DNA of 64,000 nucleotides from Lama guanicoe. Its lineage: Eukaryota. Where the stretch lies: positions 186,001-250,000 of the forward strand of contig MU054037.1 of the NCBI GenBank assembly GCA_013239625.1, read 5' to 3'. The notes below the pieces were generated by a model. It made no database searches and was not told the DNA's origin. It was given only the letters and a program-made list of their open reading frames with translations. Positions 30,129-44,892 of this stretch are shown here, piece after piece (within the stretch, counting starts at the first letter, position 1; each line of letters starts with the position of its first letter). The position numbers and the translations under genes are program-made.

Positions 30129-31539
30129 TAAGTTTCAAACATCAATGTTTGAAATTTTCTGTCAGGATGCATTTTAAGCTTTAATCTCTGATGTCTTGGC
30201 ACCCTTCCAGAATTATGTAAACTGGCACAATAGTAGAGAAGGTGACTCCCAGCCTTGGTTACTTTGACCCCGAGCATGGGCATCTTCCCTTCCATCCTTT
30301 TGCTGGAAAGGAAGGCTTCAGTCAGTTTATAAATGTGGCATGATCCCAGTGAGAACCTGAAAGGACAATTTTGAAAATGAAGATGTACCCTACTAATTAC
30401 AAGGGAGTTAGATCACCTTATCACTCATGTTTGGGGCCTTACTTCACAGTAGTGGCCTATTTGAGCCCTTACTTATGCCAGGCACCACACTAGATTGGAC
30501 TGGACAAGAGGAATGCTCTCCTGTATCCAGGAATAAAACCCCCAGGCCTGATTCAGACAAACCTACAGTATCCTTAGTCATCCTGAAGATAACCTTGAGA
30601 TTCCTCAGGTCAGAACAAGCCAGCACGTATACTTCGTGCAGCACCTTGGAAGTGCAGAAAGTAAGCCAGCAGGGCGACTCACACAGGGGTGGGGTTCCGG
30701 TCCCTGGAGCATGGCTGGACCCCAGGCCTGGAGGAAGTGGAGTCCCAGGTAGGAAAGCATGCCGGACCACTGAGTGACAAGGACAGGATAGACACCACTT
30801 GTTGTGACTCAAGCCAAGGCAAGAGCTTGGTCCCAAAGACTCAAGGCATGAACACTGCCCTGGGGAGGCCTCAGAACAAGCCCTAAGTGGGATCACACTT
30901 GTGATGGACTGGGGCCCTCTTGAGCAGCCTCAGGATCCTTAAATTCCTCCAGCCAGAAGCAGGATTAGCCCCAGCGTCTGGACCTGAGCTGAACCTAGAA
31001 ATGGGGCCAGACCAACAGAGTCAGAAATCTGACAAGTAACCAGTTTGAAATGGTTACCACCCAAGTGCTGTTTCCCTCTAAAGCTTCTTCCCCCGCCACC
31101 CCGGGGCAAAGGGTGTGGAAGTGTATTCGTGCCTTCTTTCTGTCTGAGTCCAGTGCCTAAGTCCACACGCAGGGAATGGGATTTTTATAGTCACGTGTTC
31201 TTTTTAGTAAAATGCCAGTAGTCAAGGGCTTATGTCGCTATCCCGTTAAATGCCTTGCACATTCTTCACATTCAAAGGCTTCCTGCTTAAATCCCTGCTC
31301 CCAGCTTTACTGGGGGCCCATTGCTGGCAAGTGGCCGCCAGCATTTTCCAAAGCAGAGCATCCTGGAGGGTGGGAGCCTGCCTCTAAAAGGAAGCAGGGA
31401 CGAGCTTAGTTTCCAGGTGAGAGGAACCCCTGAGCTCATCGTCTTCAGGCTCATCTTGCTGTTGGGTCCCAGAGGGAGGGGCGTGTGCTTGCTTATTTCT
31501 GCTGTTTACATTGTTGCCTCTGGACTTGCCCTGTTCCAG

Positions 31540-31726
31540 GTGAAGATTCATGCAGGCCCCAAGTTTGCCTCCTATCTGACCTTCAGCCCCTCCGAAGTGA
31601 AGTCCCTCCGAACGGAGTACGGGGACCTGGAACTGTGCATTGAAGTGGTGGACAGCGTGCAGGAGGCCATCGACCACATCCACAAGTACGGCAGCTCCCA
31701 CACGGACGTCATCGTCACAGAGAATG
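31540..31726 (+). CDS. ALDH18A1: ALDH18A1 exon 16
   Basis: [62 protein letters not shown] (ProA signature); tccag acceptor, gtcagt donor. Confidence 0.97.
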
Positions 31727-32673
31727 GTCAGTGTGCAGAGGCCTCCGGCGCACCGTGCCCGCCTTGTATGCCTCGATCTCCCAGGTGGCCCTGCTCCCCT
31801 CGGCCCCTCTTGGCCTGCAGAAAAACATGATCGGGGTGGATGATGATGATGTCTGGTGTTGGTGGCATTTGCTGGTTTGCTGAGTGCTTTTACATCTGTT
31901 ACCTCGTTATGTTGTCACAGTGGCCCTGCGGGAGGAAGCAGGGAAGAGGTAATTAGCTCCCCTTTAAACACGGCTGACTCTGTATCAGAGGCCTTGCCAT
32001 TTAATCCATGCAACTGTCTTTCCAGGCTGTTGCAGTAAACCCATTTTACCGCTGAGGAAACCAAGGTTCAGGAGGCTAAGCGCAGAACTGACTAGTTTAG
32101 AGCAAAACCAACTCCACACAGTCACTCGTTTCCCTCCACAGGGGTGCACCAAGAGACACACCTGAGGGCCAGGCACCAGAGGCCCAGTGGTAAAGGACCA
32201 GTGTGGCCATCAGGGAACTGCCAGTCAGGGGAATCACAGCATATTATAGTATCTTATAATGCTAGTAACAGCTAACAGTTCCTGAGCACTAGCCATCTGC
32301 TAGGCTCTGGGTGAGGGCCCCGTGGCTGTCAGTTCGTTTATCCTCTCCGCAAGCCGGTGAGCTGGGTGTAATTGTCAGTCCTCATTGTACTCAGGTGCAG
32401 AGAGGTTCAGAAACCCACCTGCAGTCACGGCTGGTGGGTGTGGAGTTGGACTTAAGACTTAGGCATTTGGCTCAGAACGTATAGATAGTGTAGACAGGCC
32501 GTGCCAGTCTGCAGGGAGATTCCAACCCAGTCTTTCCCAGGTAGCTGCTGCTTTGACAGCATGACTGATGAAGCAGGTTTGCCTTCTTTGTTAGATTTTT
32601 CACAAGTCTCTGTGTTTAATACTCAGGGAAGCACCTCAGGGGCCTGGTCCCTGCCCTCATCAGGCCCCGTTGA

Positions 32674-32901
<228 letters not shown>

Positions 32902-33500
32902 TGAGGGTGGAGGAGACACCTCCCCTCTCAGTCACAGGTGTGATCCAGATAATGGAGACAGACCGTAGGAGGTGGGTGCATGAGAGGGAGGGATTAAGCT
33001 GCTGTGAGCTGATAGGAGTCCTGTGTCCTAGGCATTTCTCAGGTTGAGAAGGTAGTACTTGTGTTTCCTTTTTCATGCATGAGGAAACTGAGATTCAAAG
33101 AAATGAAGCAACTTGCCCAAAGTCACGCATCGGGCGTTCAGACCCAAGCCTGTGCGAGTCCGGAGCCTGGCTGGCTCCCACCATGTATAAGAGACCACAG
33201 CATGTCTACACGTGGGGGTTGTGACAGGTGTGCATGCCAAGGTCCCATGAGAGCACTGCCGCTGCAGGCTTACTCCTTCAGAGAGACACAGCCAGATTGC
33301 CTCAGAGCTAGGAGTTCCCCCTGTTTTGTCCGAACAGGACAAAAGAAGGCGTTAATACCTATGCTGGTTAGAGTGTCAGCGTCAGAAACAAACATGTCAG
33401 CCCAGAGGTTCAAGGTTTGAAGCAGACTTTGAAATAAAAAGCTTCAGAAAGACACCCTTCGCCCTTTCCATTATTAGTGATAAAATCTCCATCCCCTGGT

Positions 33501-33586
33501 GGGGCTGGGGTATAGCTCAGTGGTAGAGCACATGCTTACCGTGCATGAGGTCATGGGTTCGATCCCCAGTACCTCCATTAAAAGAA
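33501..33586 (+). mobile_element. Short vic-1-like SINE (tRNA-like head plus A tail)
   Basis: tatagctcagtggtagagc...gggttcgatcccc; degenerate TSD aaaa(t/c)ctcca(t/c)ccct(g/a)gt at about 33482-33500 and 33587-33605. Confidence 0.85.
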
Positions 33587-35002
33587 AAAACCTCCACCCC
33601 CTAGTAATACAAGGATTCTTTAGACAGTCTCTGATTTTCCAGGATGTCATTATGCAGAGCTCCAAAAAGGCGATTATGGCAGGTCTGAAAATTATTTCAA
33701 CTACTTAAAATATTTTAATCCCTCTGAACTTTTGAATCGATGATCTGCCTAGAGAACTAGTTCTCAGTGAATTGTTAAAGGTTATCAAAGGGGAACTTTG
33801 CTCAGTTATTCTTAGTCATTGGACACTTTATTTTTAGTTCCCTTTCTGTTAAGTTAGGATTTTGATTTAATTATCACATCACTTGCACTGATCTTCGTAT
33901 CCCGCGTTTTTGAGGAGGAAGTAGCAGCATACTCGCAGGGGCTGAAGTGCCCGGCTTTTAGTGGAAGTCTGAGGAGGGGGAGGGGCAAAGACCACTCATT
34001 GTCTTCTCATCACCCACTCAGAGCAGAAGCTCAGGCTCTGGTTGAGTTAAATTCCTGTGAAATGCATTAATAATGGTGACAGTATTTATTGAGCACTCAC
34101 TCTATTCCCAGCACTGTGCTGAGTGCATCACATGCATTATCTCACTTAGTTCCACATAATGGACTCTATTATTTGCCTGCTTTTCCGAATGGAAAAACTG
34201 AAGCAAGAGATGGTTAGGCAGCGTGCCCAGAGTCGTGTGGTTTCACATTATTAAACCAGAATTTGAAGACAGTAGTTGAAGACTCTCCTTGCCAACCATG
34301 ACCCCAAGCACAGCCCCACGAGAGTCTGTGCCCTGCTCTTCCCTGCCCGCAGCACCTCTCCACTGCTCCTGCCCTGGCCGGCTCTGTCTCCTTGTCCAGG
34401 TTTCAGCGAAAGGCACCTCGTCAGGGAGCCTCCCTCTGCCCACACATTCTCTGTCCTGGTGCTTTTCATTGCATCTCATCGCCACACACAATTATGTGTT
34501 GAACTGTTCTTTGGCTACCTTGCCCACAAGGACACAAGCTCCACGAATTGCATCCATCATCCGCCACTTCATCCCCAGGGCCTAGCCCAGTACTTGCTCA
34601 GTGAAGTTGTGATGAACAAGGGAACCCTGCCTCCACTGCACGTGGTGCAGCACACCAGGCGAGGCTCAGGAAACTCCCGAGGCCCTGTGTCTAAAGCAGG
34701 AGCAAGAGGGAGGGAAGTGAACAGCACCCTTCTGTGTAGTCAGTACCTAATTCAGTGTCTAATGAGCGCGCCTAGGAGCTCAGTGTTCTGGGGAATGCCT
34801 GGAGCATGTCCTTTACTGTCCAGGGTTTAAGGGACTCTTGGGAAGATGAAACCTCTATACTGTTTACACCTCAAAACATACCCAGATATCAGGTGAGGGT
34901 ACACAAGACAGACATCGGAGGTAACACTTCAAGTATTGTCAAAAGAGAGGCCGACACACTGTGTTTCATTAGAAGAAGGGGACTGATCGTGACTTACAGT
35001 GA

Positions 35003-35326
<324 letters not shown>

Positions 35327-36180
35327 GAGCACTCAGCGGAGAGCCAGGAGTGTTCCAAAAGGTCTTCACAGTTCAGCTCGCCTTGAGAATCTCTGGAGGA
35401 GCCATGTCTTGTCTCCCATTTCCTGGAAGGGTCTGCCGGTAGGAAAGTGCACCTCGACGCTCCTGGGCTGTGTGGCAGCGTCGGCCTGGGCTACGGCTTC
35501 GGTTCCCATTCACCCTTTTCTTTTTTTTTTTTTTCCTATTCTTTTTTTTTCAAGTTAAAAAATAATTGCTGTGGATAGAGACTTTGCTTAATTGCTACAG
35601 ATGGAGACTTTGCTTCACATAGTTCAGTTCTCTTCAGTGATAGAAACAGAAAGGTGCAGTTTCCCCACATAAAAGGCAACGGAGAAACCATGGCCGCTTT
35701 TTACTTTTTATCGCCTCAGTGAGGTAGTCTCCCTTGATGTTTGGTTGTGACAAGAGCCATCGTACCGAATAAGTCTTTCCACATTTCATTTCTTTCACGC
35801 TCTTAGTCGCCTTTGAAAAGGAAAGGTTTGGAACTTCGAAGAGGGGCAGCTCTTCTTTTCAGCATTCTCTTCAGAAACGATCACAAAAATGGACTGAATC
35901 GTTTACACTGGGAAGATTGACCTTCTGTATTTATTTGTGGAGTAAATACAAATAAGCATTTCAGTTGCTAACAGCTTCTCCAGATCCAGGAGTTTGGTAC
36001 TCCCCGTGACGAGGTTGGAACCTGGAACTGTGGACAAGAGGTGCGAGTTTCAGGATGAAGTACCCACGGCCATTGTGCTTGAAATTTTTGTGTGAATTAT
36101 TTCGTCATCCTATCCTTTCCCTGCAAAACAAAAATTACAGGATTATTTTAATACTTTGGATTCTTCCCCTCTTTTTGAGA

Positions 36181-36186
36181 AATAAA
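36181..36186 (+). terminator. Probable main polyadenylation signal of ALDH18A1
   Basis: AATAAA about 855 nt after the stop codon, followed by a GT/T-rich downstream stretch (ctgtgtgcttg...ttttctt). Confidence 0.7.
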
Positions 36187-39100
36187 GTTCTTAGGAAAAA
36201 GCCTGTGTGCTTGAGTAAAGTTTTCTTCCCCCCTTGCTGTTACCCTCCTCCTTTTCCCTTTTTGTGGCCCTCACAGCCCGCTCTTAGGCAGTCTCTTCTC
36301 TGAAGTTGGCTGGGGAGGGAGGCTGTCTGCCTCCTGTGTCGGTGGAAGCAGCACAGGAGATCGCCAGGGGAGCATTCGGACTGAGAGGAAAGGAAAACGT
36401 GAGATGAAGCCCCATGATCTTCAGGACTGAAAACAAGGTGGTGGTCTGCAGTTAGTGGGTGTGTGTGACACGAGCGTGCGCTCCTGTGCTGGGTCCACGC
36501 GGCATCCGCTGGGACAGCTGTGATCCCTGCTGGCGTCCTTAGTTCCCTTCAGATGATCCTGCCAGCTCCAGCTCCTTCCCCCAACCATATCCGGCTGCTT
36601 TTCTTAAGGCCCCTGGTGCCCGATAGTCTGCAGTTGGAAGATTTCTTGTCTCATGGGGGCCCTCCCAAAGAAATAAGCACTTGCTTCCATGTTTCTTCTT
36701 TTCCTCTGAGGATGTTTTATGAGCACGAGAACGGTGGTGTCATGCGGAACATGTTCCCAGGCTGGCTCCAGACTACCTCTCATCCAGACCCTTACATGGT
36801 CGGCCGAGTTACCCTGCCTGCCCTCCCTCTGAGTGGGGAGTTCTGCATTGCTCGCCTGAAAAGGCAATAAACAAAGTGCTGCTTGAAACTGCACAGCAAA
36901 TACCACAGTCAGCTCCCAACCAGATAACCAATGCCCGTGGAATCGAAAATAGTGACCCAAAAGGCTGAGCCCTTGAGGAAGACCACTGAGGAGGCAGCCC
37001 TGGAGCTGGGCCCTGAGAAAGATGAATCGTAGGCATAAGGAGAGGACAGAGCATTGGGGCAGGTGACTGACTGATGAAGCAAGAGTCAGAGGCGGGGATG
37101 AAACCGTCTGGGGAGCAGGGAACATACCAATCTGGGGCCAGAGTTCCTGTGGGTAAACAGGAAGACAGTGCATCCCAGACAGCGATGCAGTGTAGCCTCT
37201 CCAGGAGCCATCCTTCCTAGGGCTTGGGGTTGGGATGGATTCAGTGCAGGAAATACAGGTAAAGCTTAGTTATCCAACAAACCCTTCCCCCCATGTAGCC
37301 AGCCAACTCAGCCTTTGTCCATTTCTGCAGAGACCGGAGGCCATCAGATGCTTCCTTTGTCCACCAAAAGTGAAGAGATTCCCAAAAGAGGGCCAGGAGG
37401 CAGCTGTAGCCTCACAAGGACCCCTATCCAGGCAGTCTTCTGAGACTTACTGGCCTGTCATCACCATAGGAAGGGGGGTTTTTAGTCTGAAATCCTTCCT
37501 GTGGTCCTGCCCTATTACTTCCCTTTCCTGGCTACCAATTCCTGCCAACAGAGGCTGCTGAACCAGCCAATCCTGAAGCTCCCACCTCCCCACCGAGGGG
37601 GAAAATGGCCCTCAACAAATGTTTTTATTTGTCAAGCCAAGTTTACTTGGGTTTAGGTTTTTTATTGCTTAGAAATGACGGTGATAATAAAAAGTAAAAA
37701 ATAATGTCTGAGTAACACAGTATATTCATACATTATGAGGGTGTTTGCAAAATTATTTATATAGAAAGAAAATTGGACAGCCAAGGACTAGATTATAATA
37801 GGTGGTGTTTGCTCTGTAGCCCTTGTTTTACGGAACCATCTCTCCCCCATTTTGCAGTAACCCTGCTCAGTCTCTGCGACTGAGGGGAGGGTGCTGATCT
37901 CCCCCATCTCACTAGTTTTAGTGGTAATCACGTGACTGGGGCCTGATAAGCCACCTGGTAAGCCTGTCTTTGAATTCCCCACTATCCAGCCAGGAGCTGT
38001 GCACACAGGTGCTCACTGACCACCTCGTCACATGGACTACCCGGCAGAGTTGTGGAGGTGGAGGGGACTCCTGAGATCTGCGGACCACTCCGGACACTGG
38101 TGTGAGTATGTCTTCGCTCATTGCCTCGCAGCTGAGGGCTGTCATTGTCCTCACCTGGCCGCACACATGAACATGCCTTGGAGTCTGCTGGAGTGGAAGG
38201 TGGGTTAACGTTACAGCGTCTTTTCTGCTTGTGCTTCTGGTAAAAATTAGTGAAGACCTTTATAACCATTCTTCTAGCAGCCAGCACTCCCCTTTTAGAG
38301 AGAATGAGATGTAAAACTTCATTCAGTATTCCGTGAGCACCTATTCCATGCCCTGTGCTGGGAATAAGAGGCATTCCCCCACCCAATAGTTCAGAACTTA
38401 ACCTGAGCATTACTGCTCTACCCCCAGATAGTTCTCCTTAACTCCCAGTCTCTACCACCTCTTTTACCCCCATTCCTAGGAGAAACCGTTTGGCCAATAG
38501 GAGGACACCGAACTAGACAGATCTGAGGGTTCGCTACCACAGAAAAAAAGCAACTGTCTTGATTCTGTCTGGCCCTAAAACTCCTCTGACACTAGAGGGC
38601 AGTCAGGCCCCACAGATCTAAGGAGGTCTGTCCAAGTTCAGGCAGGCTGCACTCCAGCATCCCCAGACTGTTCACCCAGAGATGAAATGCTGGCACAGTA
38701 AAATAACTTCCAGAGACCTGTTGGCCTAGAAGGTCAGAGCATGGGCTTTTTTGGGATAAGAGGCGGAATAGGGTTTGCACGTTGGTCCCACCACCTGCTA
38801 ACTGTTTGATGTGGGGAAGGTGTCATCTCTCAGAACTTTGATAACATTTTTGCATAAATGGGTTTTGTGAGATTATATGTAAAGCACTCAGCACAATATC
38901 CAGCCTGTGGTAAACCTTCAATAACTGTTAGCTTTGTTACCAGTTTTCTTCTAAAGAATAGCTTTCACTTAGTTCTGGACACTGCTCTTTAAGGTCCAAA
39001 CATCTCTTCCTAGTCAATGAGGTGGGACACTCTTAGGAGATATCTACTATGTACCAGGCACTACAGTGGGAGCCTTACATGTGATGCCATAACAATCTGA

Positions 39101-40702
39101 ATGAGGGAATGGTCATCCCTATTTTAGAGGTACAGAAACTGAGAATCGGAGAAGGTAGAGTAAATCACCCAGTTCACAGTTAGGAAGGGGCAGAACCTAG
39201 ATTAGAACCCAGTCAGCTGGGCTTCAAAACTTGTATCCACCACAGCGGGCTGTCGCAGTTGTGTTTTCCCAGAAGCTGTTGTACCTGAGGCCAAGGCAAG
39301 TTGTAAGGCAGAAGAAGGAGGTTGCCATGGCTCTAACTGGACCCCTTTTCAAGTAATCAGATCCCAGGTCTGCTCCAGTTTTGCAAGAGGAGATGCTTGT
39401 CTGGAAACTCTCCTCAACACCTGCCCCTGGAGAGAGCTGACTGCACCTGAATTATTAAGAGAGTCCCTGGACACTTGATATAATGAGCAGGTGTGGATGC
39501 TTCTCCAACTTTCCCCTAAACATGCCTTTACTGACCCCCTACCCTCCCCCTAGTTGCCTATGAAGAAGAGGAAGCATCACCTTTTTCCCATTGTGTGTCT
39601 ACCTCTGCCTTCGTTCCCCATCCCAAAAGTTACCTGTAAGAAGTGGACGATTTTTGTTGCAAATTTCAAAATCATTGTTGACATGTGTTGAAATTGATGA
39701 TGTAAATAGGACCGTAACTAGTAAATGGATCAATTGTCTTTTTCTATTGATACACAGTTCCTTTTCCTCTATCCTAAGCTTATATGATCAAACCTAGAGA
39801 CTGAGTTTGTATAAATGAAGAAAAACCCACAGGTAATAAAAATATTCATGCTATAGACTTCAACTACATAAAGGAAATAAAACTATGCTTAGAAAAAAGA
39901 CTGGAAGGAAATATGAATATAAAGGTGGCACTTGGCCTATAGTTTTGAGGCTACCATAGCATTTGGAATAGCATAAAATCAGTTATTAATAAATTCAATA
40001 TTTGGGGTCATAAGTTTTCTAGGGTCTGCTCCCCACTTCTACATCCTCACATGAGTGCTCACACACACCCCTCACCTTGACCTCTATCCATCGCTTCCTT
40101 TCTCTCACTTTCTATTCATGGGCCAGTAGTGGGATCACTGTGCAGCCTGAAATTGTCCTGGTAAAGAAGGATTGCTTCCAGGTCTGTTCCTGATCCTCTC
40201 TATCTAGTCTGTGACTCTAAGATGTTTCAGCATCCTTTGCAGTGCCCTAATTAGATTTTAATGTGAAATCAAACTGAATCCATTGAACCTTAATTAATAA
40301 TATTTTAAGTATGTATCTCTTTACAGTGAACTATTTGAAAACAGTCATGAAAAACTTTGGTTTTAAACAGTATTTATTAACATGGGGCAGAGACTTACTG
40401 CAAAATGTTGAAGAAAAAACTTGGCTTTAAACAGTGTAATTAAAATTTCCCAATTATAATATATATATATATGTGATTAGAAGAAAGACTGGAAGAAAGT
40501 GTATCAAAATATGAGGGGATTCTTACTAAGCAGTGAGACTAACAGTTTTACTTGTCATTATACTTTTGTTTTCCAGAGTTTCTATTTTCCTACTTGAAAT
40601 ATTTTTAGAATATTTTTCTTGTTTTCATAGCTACTAATATTTATTCCTGTGGGAAATCAGTGATACAACGGTGAAAATAAAATTTGTGATAGCAGTCTTT
40701 TA

Positions 40703-40758
40703 TTTTATTTTTTTAACATTTTTTATTGATTTATAATCATTTTACAATGTTGTGTCAG
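40703..40758 (-). mobile_element. 56-bp extreme 5'-truncated L1 3' end
   Basis: Perfect 18-bp TSD tgtgatagcagtctttta; the body resembles the L1 terminus at 59620-59665. Confidence 0.85.
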
Positions 40759-42134
40759 TGTGATAGCAGTCTTTTAAATCTACAGATACTTATTTTTCCA
40801 TCCTGTCTCATCCCCCTTTGCAGTCTGTCGTTTGCAGACCATAAATTAAGGCTTGGGGCTAAATCCAGACTGGAACCTCGCCTCTGCCCTGTAGAACTAG
40901 TCAGCTCTAGGGCTCCTCCAGCCCGTGGCTCTGTCTGTCTGTCTGTCGCCGGGCTGGTCTCACCCCTGCTCACTACCCTCCCAAAGCAAGAGAACGTCAG
41001 AGGCCGTGAAGTGTTTCTGCTCCAGGTCCTGCGCTGAACTCTTGTTTTCCTTCTCTAACTCACAAATAAGGCTACATCTCTGACTCTGTGTTGCCAGATT
41101 CTGTTTCAGTGCAATTAGGCGGTAAATAATTCAAGGGAACGGAAACTGGCAAAGTGGTGTGTGATGTCCAAATAGCTATCTTGTTTACCTTCTGGTGTAA
41201 ACTTCAGGCTCATCTGCAAGTCGGGAGCCCAGGAGTAGGTAAAATATGCAAACACAGGAATCTTCCTCTTTTTCCATCCCCTCCCATCTTTGCTTATTGT
41301 TGAAGGAGAGAACACGGTTTCCCAGTTTGATGAAAGTAAAAGGGCGTGGCTTTGGCAGACAGATTTGGGTTTCTTCTTGGGCAAGTCTGAAGTTCCTCCC
41401 ATGGTGGGGTGGGTGTCCAGAATCTAGAAGCAGCCACTCTTTGGGGTGAGGATTCATGCTGCAAAGATGAGGTCTTAGCAGTATCACCACCCATCTTCCA
41501 TCTCTTCCTTCTGCGCACTGAGGGAGATCCTTTCACCAGGCCCTTCTAAACCTGCCTGTCATTCAAGAAGCAGTCTTAGTTAAGACTCTTTGAGTTACAG
41601 GTAACATAAACCCCCTCCACCTTGCTTAAGAAGGAAAATACATTGTATTATGTGGACACAGGGTGTATCATAAAGCCCAAGGGCAAAAAGAAAAAAATAG
41701 AGCTGGCCCACCCTCTATGGAGACTGAAAGTAGCTCGGGCGAAAAGAGAAATTGCTGGCTCACGTAAGCAAACCACAGCAAGCGTGAGTGACTGCATCAG
41801 GGGTCCCAGCATCCCCTCGCACTCCTGGGCTTCTCCTTCCTATACGGGGTATCATTTCCTCCTACTGGAGGCTGGCCTCTTCCATGAGCATGGGGCGTAG
41901 CCAGTGGAAACTTCCATACTTACTCTCATAGTTTTGTCTCATCTCCCACCCACTGCAAAAATAGAAGAACTCTTGGCTCCCAATTCCAGTGCAGAAGGGC
42001 TCTGGCTGGTCTCCTTGGGCCACCTGCCCTCTCTGTAGTGGAGATGTAGAGGAGGGGCCAAGGCATGGTCTGGATTGATTCCACCATATATACCTATATG
42101 ACCATTCTGTGGTTAAATCTTGAGATCATTTCGT

Positions 42135-43200
42135 ATGACTTCCTCTTCTGGTAGGATGTAGTAAGTAGTGACAACCCAGTGTTCCTCCTGAAATAACTAG
42201 ACTAATAAATTAAAATTAAACAAAGACTAATAAATTAACATTCTGGAGAGAAAAGAGCCTTTCCTAAATGAGCTGATAATCTCTGACCATTTTCTTCCCT
42301 GGGGGTGTTTGCCAAACCTAGGACAGAGCTTGGCCCAGGCATAAGGTCTTTACTGGAACAAAGAGAAACCGGCAGAACTTTTGATGATCTATGTGGTCTG
42401 GCATAACACTGGAATCTAGAGGAGCTTGAAACTCATGGCCAGTTGTCCCCATGCAACATCTGCTGAATTATGGGATGCAGCAGGAGAGGTGGGGCTAGAA
42501 GTGTCTCATAGCAAAGGGAAATTTCCCACAGACTTGCAGGAGGTAGGAAACAAAATCCTGTTAAAAGAAGACTGCATCAAACATGATGGGTGTCCTTTCA
42601 AGACGTTGGCTAAACTTTGAAACTGTGTGGGCACTCTTGCCCACACAAAGAGCCTGAGCACCTAAGAACAGAACTGAATTCTCCTGAGGCTTTCAGAGTT
42701 GTGAAGACAGAGACATGCCAGGTTGTTAGTCAAAAGCTTAAGTGTGTTCCCTCCAAGGAACAAGATGACCCAGAGTCGGACTGAGACTGATACGACTGCG
42801 GCCCAGCCGCACCACAGCGGAATTCCTGACTGGAGTGAGATGATCAGTCCCTCACCCTGTCTGCTAACACATGAAAAAGAGAATCATCACTGGAGGAAAA
42901 TATCTGCAACCTCTGTTGTTCTGTTATGCAAATACGAGATATGCGAAGAGCAGGGAGGTACGACTAACAATACAGAGGAAAGGCAAGGAATGGAAACACA
43001 CCCACAGATGATCCTAATATTTGAGTTTGCAGGCAAAGACTTTATAGTAAATATTATAAACACGTTACAGAAAATACAGGGAAAGAAGATGATATATGAA
43101 AAGATAAAGAATCTCAGCAGAAATGAGATCTAGATAAAAGACTCAGACATTCTAGAACTGATAAAAGCAATGTCTGAAATTAAAAACTCACTAAATGAAA
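42135..43200 (+). mobile_element. Ancient L1 5'UTR/ORF1 remnant
   Basis: Decayed ORF1-like peptide (EFAGKDFIVNIINTLQKIQ...KNLSR) in A-rich L1-like sequence. Confidence 0.55.
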
Positions 43201-43971
43201 AATTTCCTTACCAGTTAGTTAATACCTACTAGCCCAAGCCTCCTGAATTCCTTGTGCTCCACCTCATGGCCATGTGGCCCTCCCCGGCATACCTGGGCTC
43301 CCCCATGATCCAACAACTGAAGAGTTCATTGCTGACCCAGCCAGGGCCTTCCAGGACCCTGCTTTACCACTGCTTCAAGTGACCCTCCTGATTGGTTGGT
43401 GTCTGTGCTTTCACATTTGTCAACTACTTTGATGTCACCCCTTGTACTATCATTGACAGTGCCCACCAGAACAAATGACTGAAGTTGGGGAGAAGGAATT
43501 CTCCATGGGAGACAATACGAGAATAGGAGGAGCAATGAAAGGACGTGGAAGAGGGGATATTTGTTCACTTTTAAGACTCACTCAGAAAGTCAGAAATCTG
43601 GGGCTGAAAGCTGCTGCTGTTTGCTGAATTTACATTGTTCTAAATTTCCTCTCCATCACAGCCAAAGAAAATTGAGTGAGCTGTGGAGGAAGAGACTGAA
43701 CAAGGTGTTGGGCTAGCTAGATGTGTTTGCTGTGTTGCTTGGTCTCTGGAATGTGACTGGCTACACCAGTTCATTTCAAAACAACCAGGATAGTCATGGA
43801 CACTTAAGTCTTTCAAACGCAAAAGACTCTGGTGAGGACTACCTGCCTTCCAAGTGTAGGGGAAGAGAGAAGGTTTTAGAGACACAATTCTGGGTTCAGA
43901 TCCCACACCTCCCATTAGCTGGTTGTTTGACCTTGGGCAAGTCACTTTGCCTCTCCTATGTGTCTCACAGG

Positions 43972-44340
43972 TTGTCGCAGACACCTGGTTAACTGCCTAA
44001 CAGTTTCCTCCCTTCTTTGCTGGAAAAGGCTTGATTTCTTTATTAAAAGAGATACAAGGAAGAGTCCCTCTGCTAAACATTGTCATGTTCAATTGGGTGC
44101 CTAGAAATTCAGCAGCTGTTTTATCGTCATGAGAAGTGCTGGCCTGGAGATCCAAGCCAACTGAGCAAAAAGCCAACTGATGATGTCCCTGATGACATCA
44201 TCAAGCCTCTGATTTAACCAACTCTGAAACTGCCCTTGCTACAGACTTCCTGTTACACATAAAATAATTAATTACCTTAAGATTAAGCTATTGTGAGTTT
44301 GAGATTTCTCTTATGTAGAGTCAAAGCATCCTAACAAACC
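43972..44340. mobile_element. MLT1 LTR nested in a MIR
   Basis: MIR halves at about 43870-43970 and 44340-44440 flank MLT1-like sequence. Confidence 0.55.
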
Positions 44341-44892
44341 CAGGATTGTTACTAAGGATTATGAAACAAAATAATTTATGTAAAGCACTTAACATAATTC
44401 CTGGCATAGAAAGTGCTCAGAAGAATGATAGATATTATTTTTTATCATCATCATCATCATCATGATTATTTTATTTCAGCTTCAGCTCTGATTATAGGCA
44501 GAGAAAAATAAGCCTGGGATTTAAAGATACAATGACCAGGATGGGGATGCCAGAGGGAAAGGGATAAGTGCAAGTACTTTGACTCCTCATCCAGAGGTCC
44601 TTCTAAAAATAGTTTTAGTTAAGGATTTTTGTCTATTGATATGTGTGCATAAGGCAATAGAAGCTGAGACAGGTTAGCTCAAACTAATATAAAAAATAAT
44701 ATTTTGAAGGCTTTTGAGTGTGTCACCTAACTAAAGAAAGAGGTGAACAAAGATTTGGACAGGGAAGGAATCAGGACACCAGACACGTCTGTAGCCAGCA
44801 TCCATGGACCTCATGCCATTGATGTGACCGTTTCAGAAATGCTTGGCCTCTGCATCTCTGAGATGCGGAGTTCTCAGATGAAAGAGTTCGGA

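Noticed and set aside
33501-33577. tRNA-Ala-like gene with good A and B boxes
   Set aside because: It has an A-tail, a TSD and several diverged paralogues in the window, so it is a SINE and not a functional tRNA.
34276-34830. 184-aa ORF in intron 17
   Set aside because: No recognisable homology or exon structure; expected by chance in GC-richer DNA.
36604-37173. 189-aa minus-strand ORF downstream of the gene
   Set aside because: No recognisable domain or splice support.
42723-43133. 136-aa ORF
   Set aside because: Decayed L1 ORF1-like remnant.
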